This document shows positions 62,473-64,000 of a stretch of 64,000 bases of DNA, piece after piece. Origin of the DNA: Lingula anatina (taxonomy: Eukaryota > Animalia > Brachiopoda); assembly GCA_051362555.1 (NCBI GenBank), contig CM120640.1:7688001-7752000 (forward strand). The letters are read 5' to 3'. How positions within the stretch are numbered: the stretch's first letter is position 1; the number at the start of each line of letters is the position of its first letter. Under the pieces are notes generated by a model. That model saw only the letters and a list, made by a program, of their open reading frames with translations. It searched no databases and was not told where the DNA came from. The translations under genes were made by a program, and so were the position numbers.

Positions 62473-62533
62473 AGGCGAATGTTTTTCACGAAGCAGTAAC
62501 ATAGAAGTACGGTATATAGTCGAATATCTGGAA

Positions 62534-64000
62534 ATGAGTGATGTTCTGGAATATCCCGATGCTCTTCAGGAGGTTCGGGGGGCTATGGTAAGTTAAGTTG
62601 TTTACAAGGTGGTTTTTATATTCGTAATTTACGAGAAGGCCGGCAAGGATCATTTCGAGTCGCATGCTGCACTACTACTAGTAATACTAGTAACTGCATG
62701 CACATTGTTCGTGTAACGTTACATGTTCACGTTTGCCCCGACCAACATTTTAGTAAAACATTGGTTTGTAGTGTTTGAATTAAAAATTAAGAAGCGATCT
62801 TTTTTTACGACACATCATGTATTTGGATGAATGTTGTAGCTACTCAAATCAGTTTCAGTTCATGTACTTTAATTTGGTTTAAGAATGCATGACGACTTTT
62901 GATGTAACTCAATGCTTCAGCCAGGACCAGGGAATTCACTGATTTTAGGAGTCCATATGTTAACCCTGACTCATACTTGGTACAATGCTGGAAATACAGT
63001 CTTGTAAACACCACCTCAGTTCATTGACATTTAATTTATTTTATGTTCCATATGATAACTCTTTCCAGAACCCTGGACGCTTAAAACTACAGAGCAACTT
63101 GGTCATTTTCAAGAATATCAAAACTGGTCGTGTAGAGCAGTTTCCGTCCAGTGAAGTAGTCAAGGCCCAGTGGTTGTGCAGAGCCAGAGGTTACTGCCTG
63201 AAACTCAGACTTGAAAATGGATCCATACATAGATTTGATGGCTTCAAAGAGTCGGTATGCACGATTAAAGTGATTTTGAAAAAGGGGGTGGTACACTTGC
63301 CGTTCGACTAGCCAAGCAGTGCAGTGTTAAATACTTTAAGAGTCACTCCCCTAATATAGACCTTTTTTTCATTTTCATTCGTTAGTATCTTTCTGTGCCA
63401 AACTTGGAAAAGTAGCTGAAAATTTTTGCTTTTACTCATAAAACATTTTTTGTATTGTATTGTATTGTTGGTTTGACTCTGTGAGTGCCTAGTTATGTAA
63501 TGTTGATAAGAATTGTGCTGTCTTTACATCAGTTGGATTGAAATAATATAAATGAATCCGTTTATTTTATGTAGAAAGTGTTATCCATATCATTATCGGA
63601 TATTGCACACAATTTTTTTCATTTCATATTCAGGACTTTGAAAAGCTAGCACCATTCCTAAGTAAATATTATCAGAAAGATCTGGAAAAAGTAGACCTGT
63701 CAGTGAGAGGCTGGAATTATGGTGTTGCAGACTTCGTAGGTAGGTTTTGAGTGCTGGTATTGCAGTGGCTTCAGTCTGTTCTTTTGCTGCATGTTTGCCA
63801 TGTTTTTGTCAGCATGCATTTTCAAAACAAATTATTCCTCCAGTCTGTCTTTTATCAATGCTGCGGAGGCTGTTATCTCATAGAGTCAAAACTCTATGTA
63901 GTAAGATATACATCAAGGTGATTTATTTTTTGCTTTATTTCTTTTTAGGGAACTCCTTACATTTTAGCGTTCATGACAAATTGGCATTTGAGATTCCCTT
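62534..64000 (+). CDS. SSRP1: FACT complex subunit SSRP1, 5' exons (runs off the window)
   Basis: Exons 62534-62587, 63069-63254, 63634-63739, 63949->64000 splice to MSDVLEYPDALQEVRGAMNPGRLKLQSNLVIFKNIKTGRVEQF...HRFDGFKESDFEKL...DLSVRGWNYGVADFVGNSLHFSVHDKLAFEIP. This matches the SSRP1/Pob3 N-terminal PH domain. Confidence 0.95.

Overview
AT-rich, TE-dense animal (invertebrate-like) genomic DNA with spliceosomal introns. The window is dominated by a tandem segmental duplication (unit A ~7120-35535, unit B ~36441-61193). Each unit holds an intact 14-exon minus-strand gene that the ORF track shows only in fragments. I assembled the exons by hand using GT-AG boundaries and phase checks, giving 786 aa (A) and 764 aa (B). 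The protein has three tandem cereblon-CULT/Yippee-like zinc-binding modules, each encoded by four exons with the same intron-phase pattern. These are fused to a single-exon peptidase C14 domain with SGHG/DACR motifs, which looks like a paracaspase or bacterial caspase homolog rather than a QACxG caspase. I do not recognise this architecture; it is the main candidate for a new sensor-protease system. The introns carry copy-specific elements: a split-direct-repeat tyrosine-recombinase retrotransposon, a young Gypsy element with identical LTRs, a Harbinger-like element, Tc1 elements, an L2/CR1 LINE, a Penelope element and many MITEs. The 5' end of SSRP1 lies head-to-head with copy B at the right edge. 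All homology calls come from motif recognition; no database search was run.
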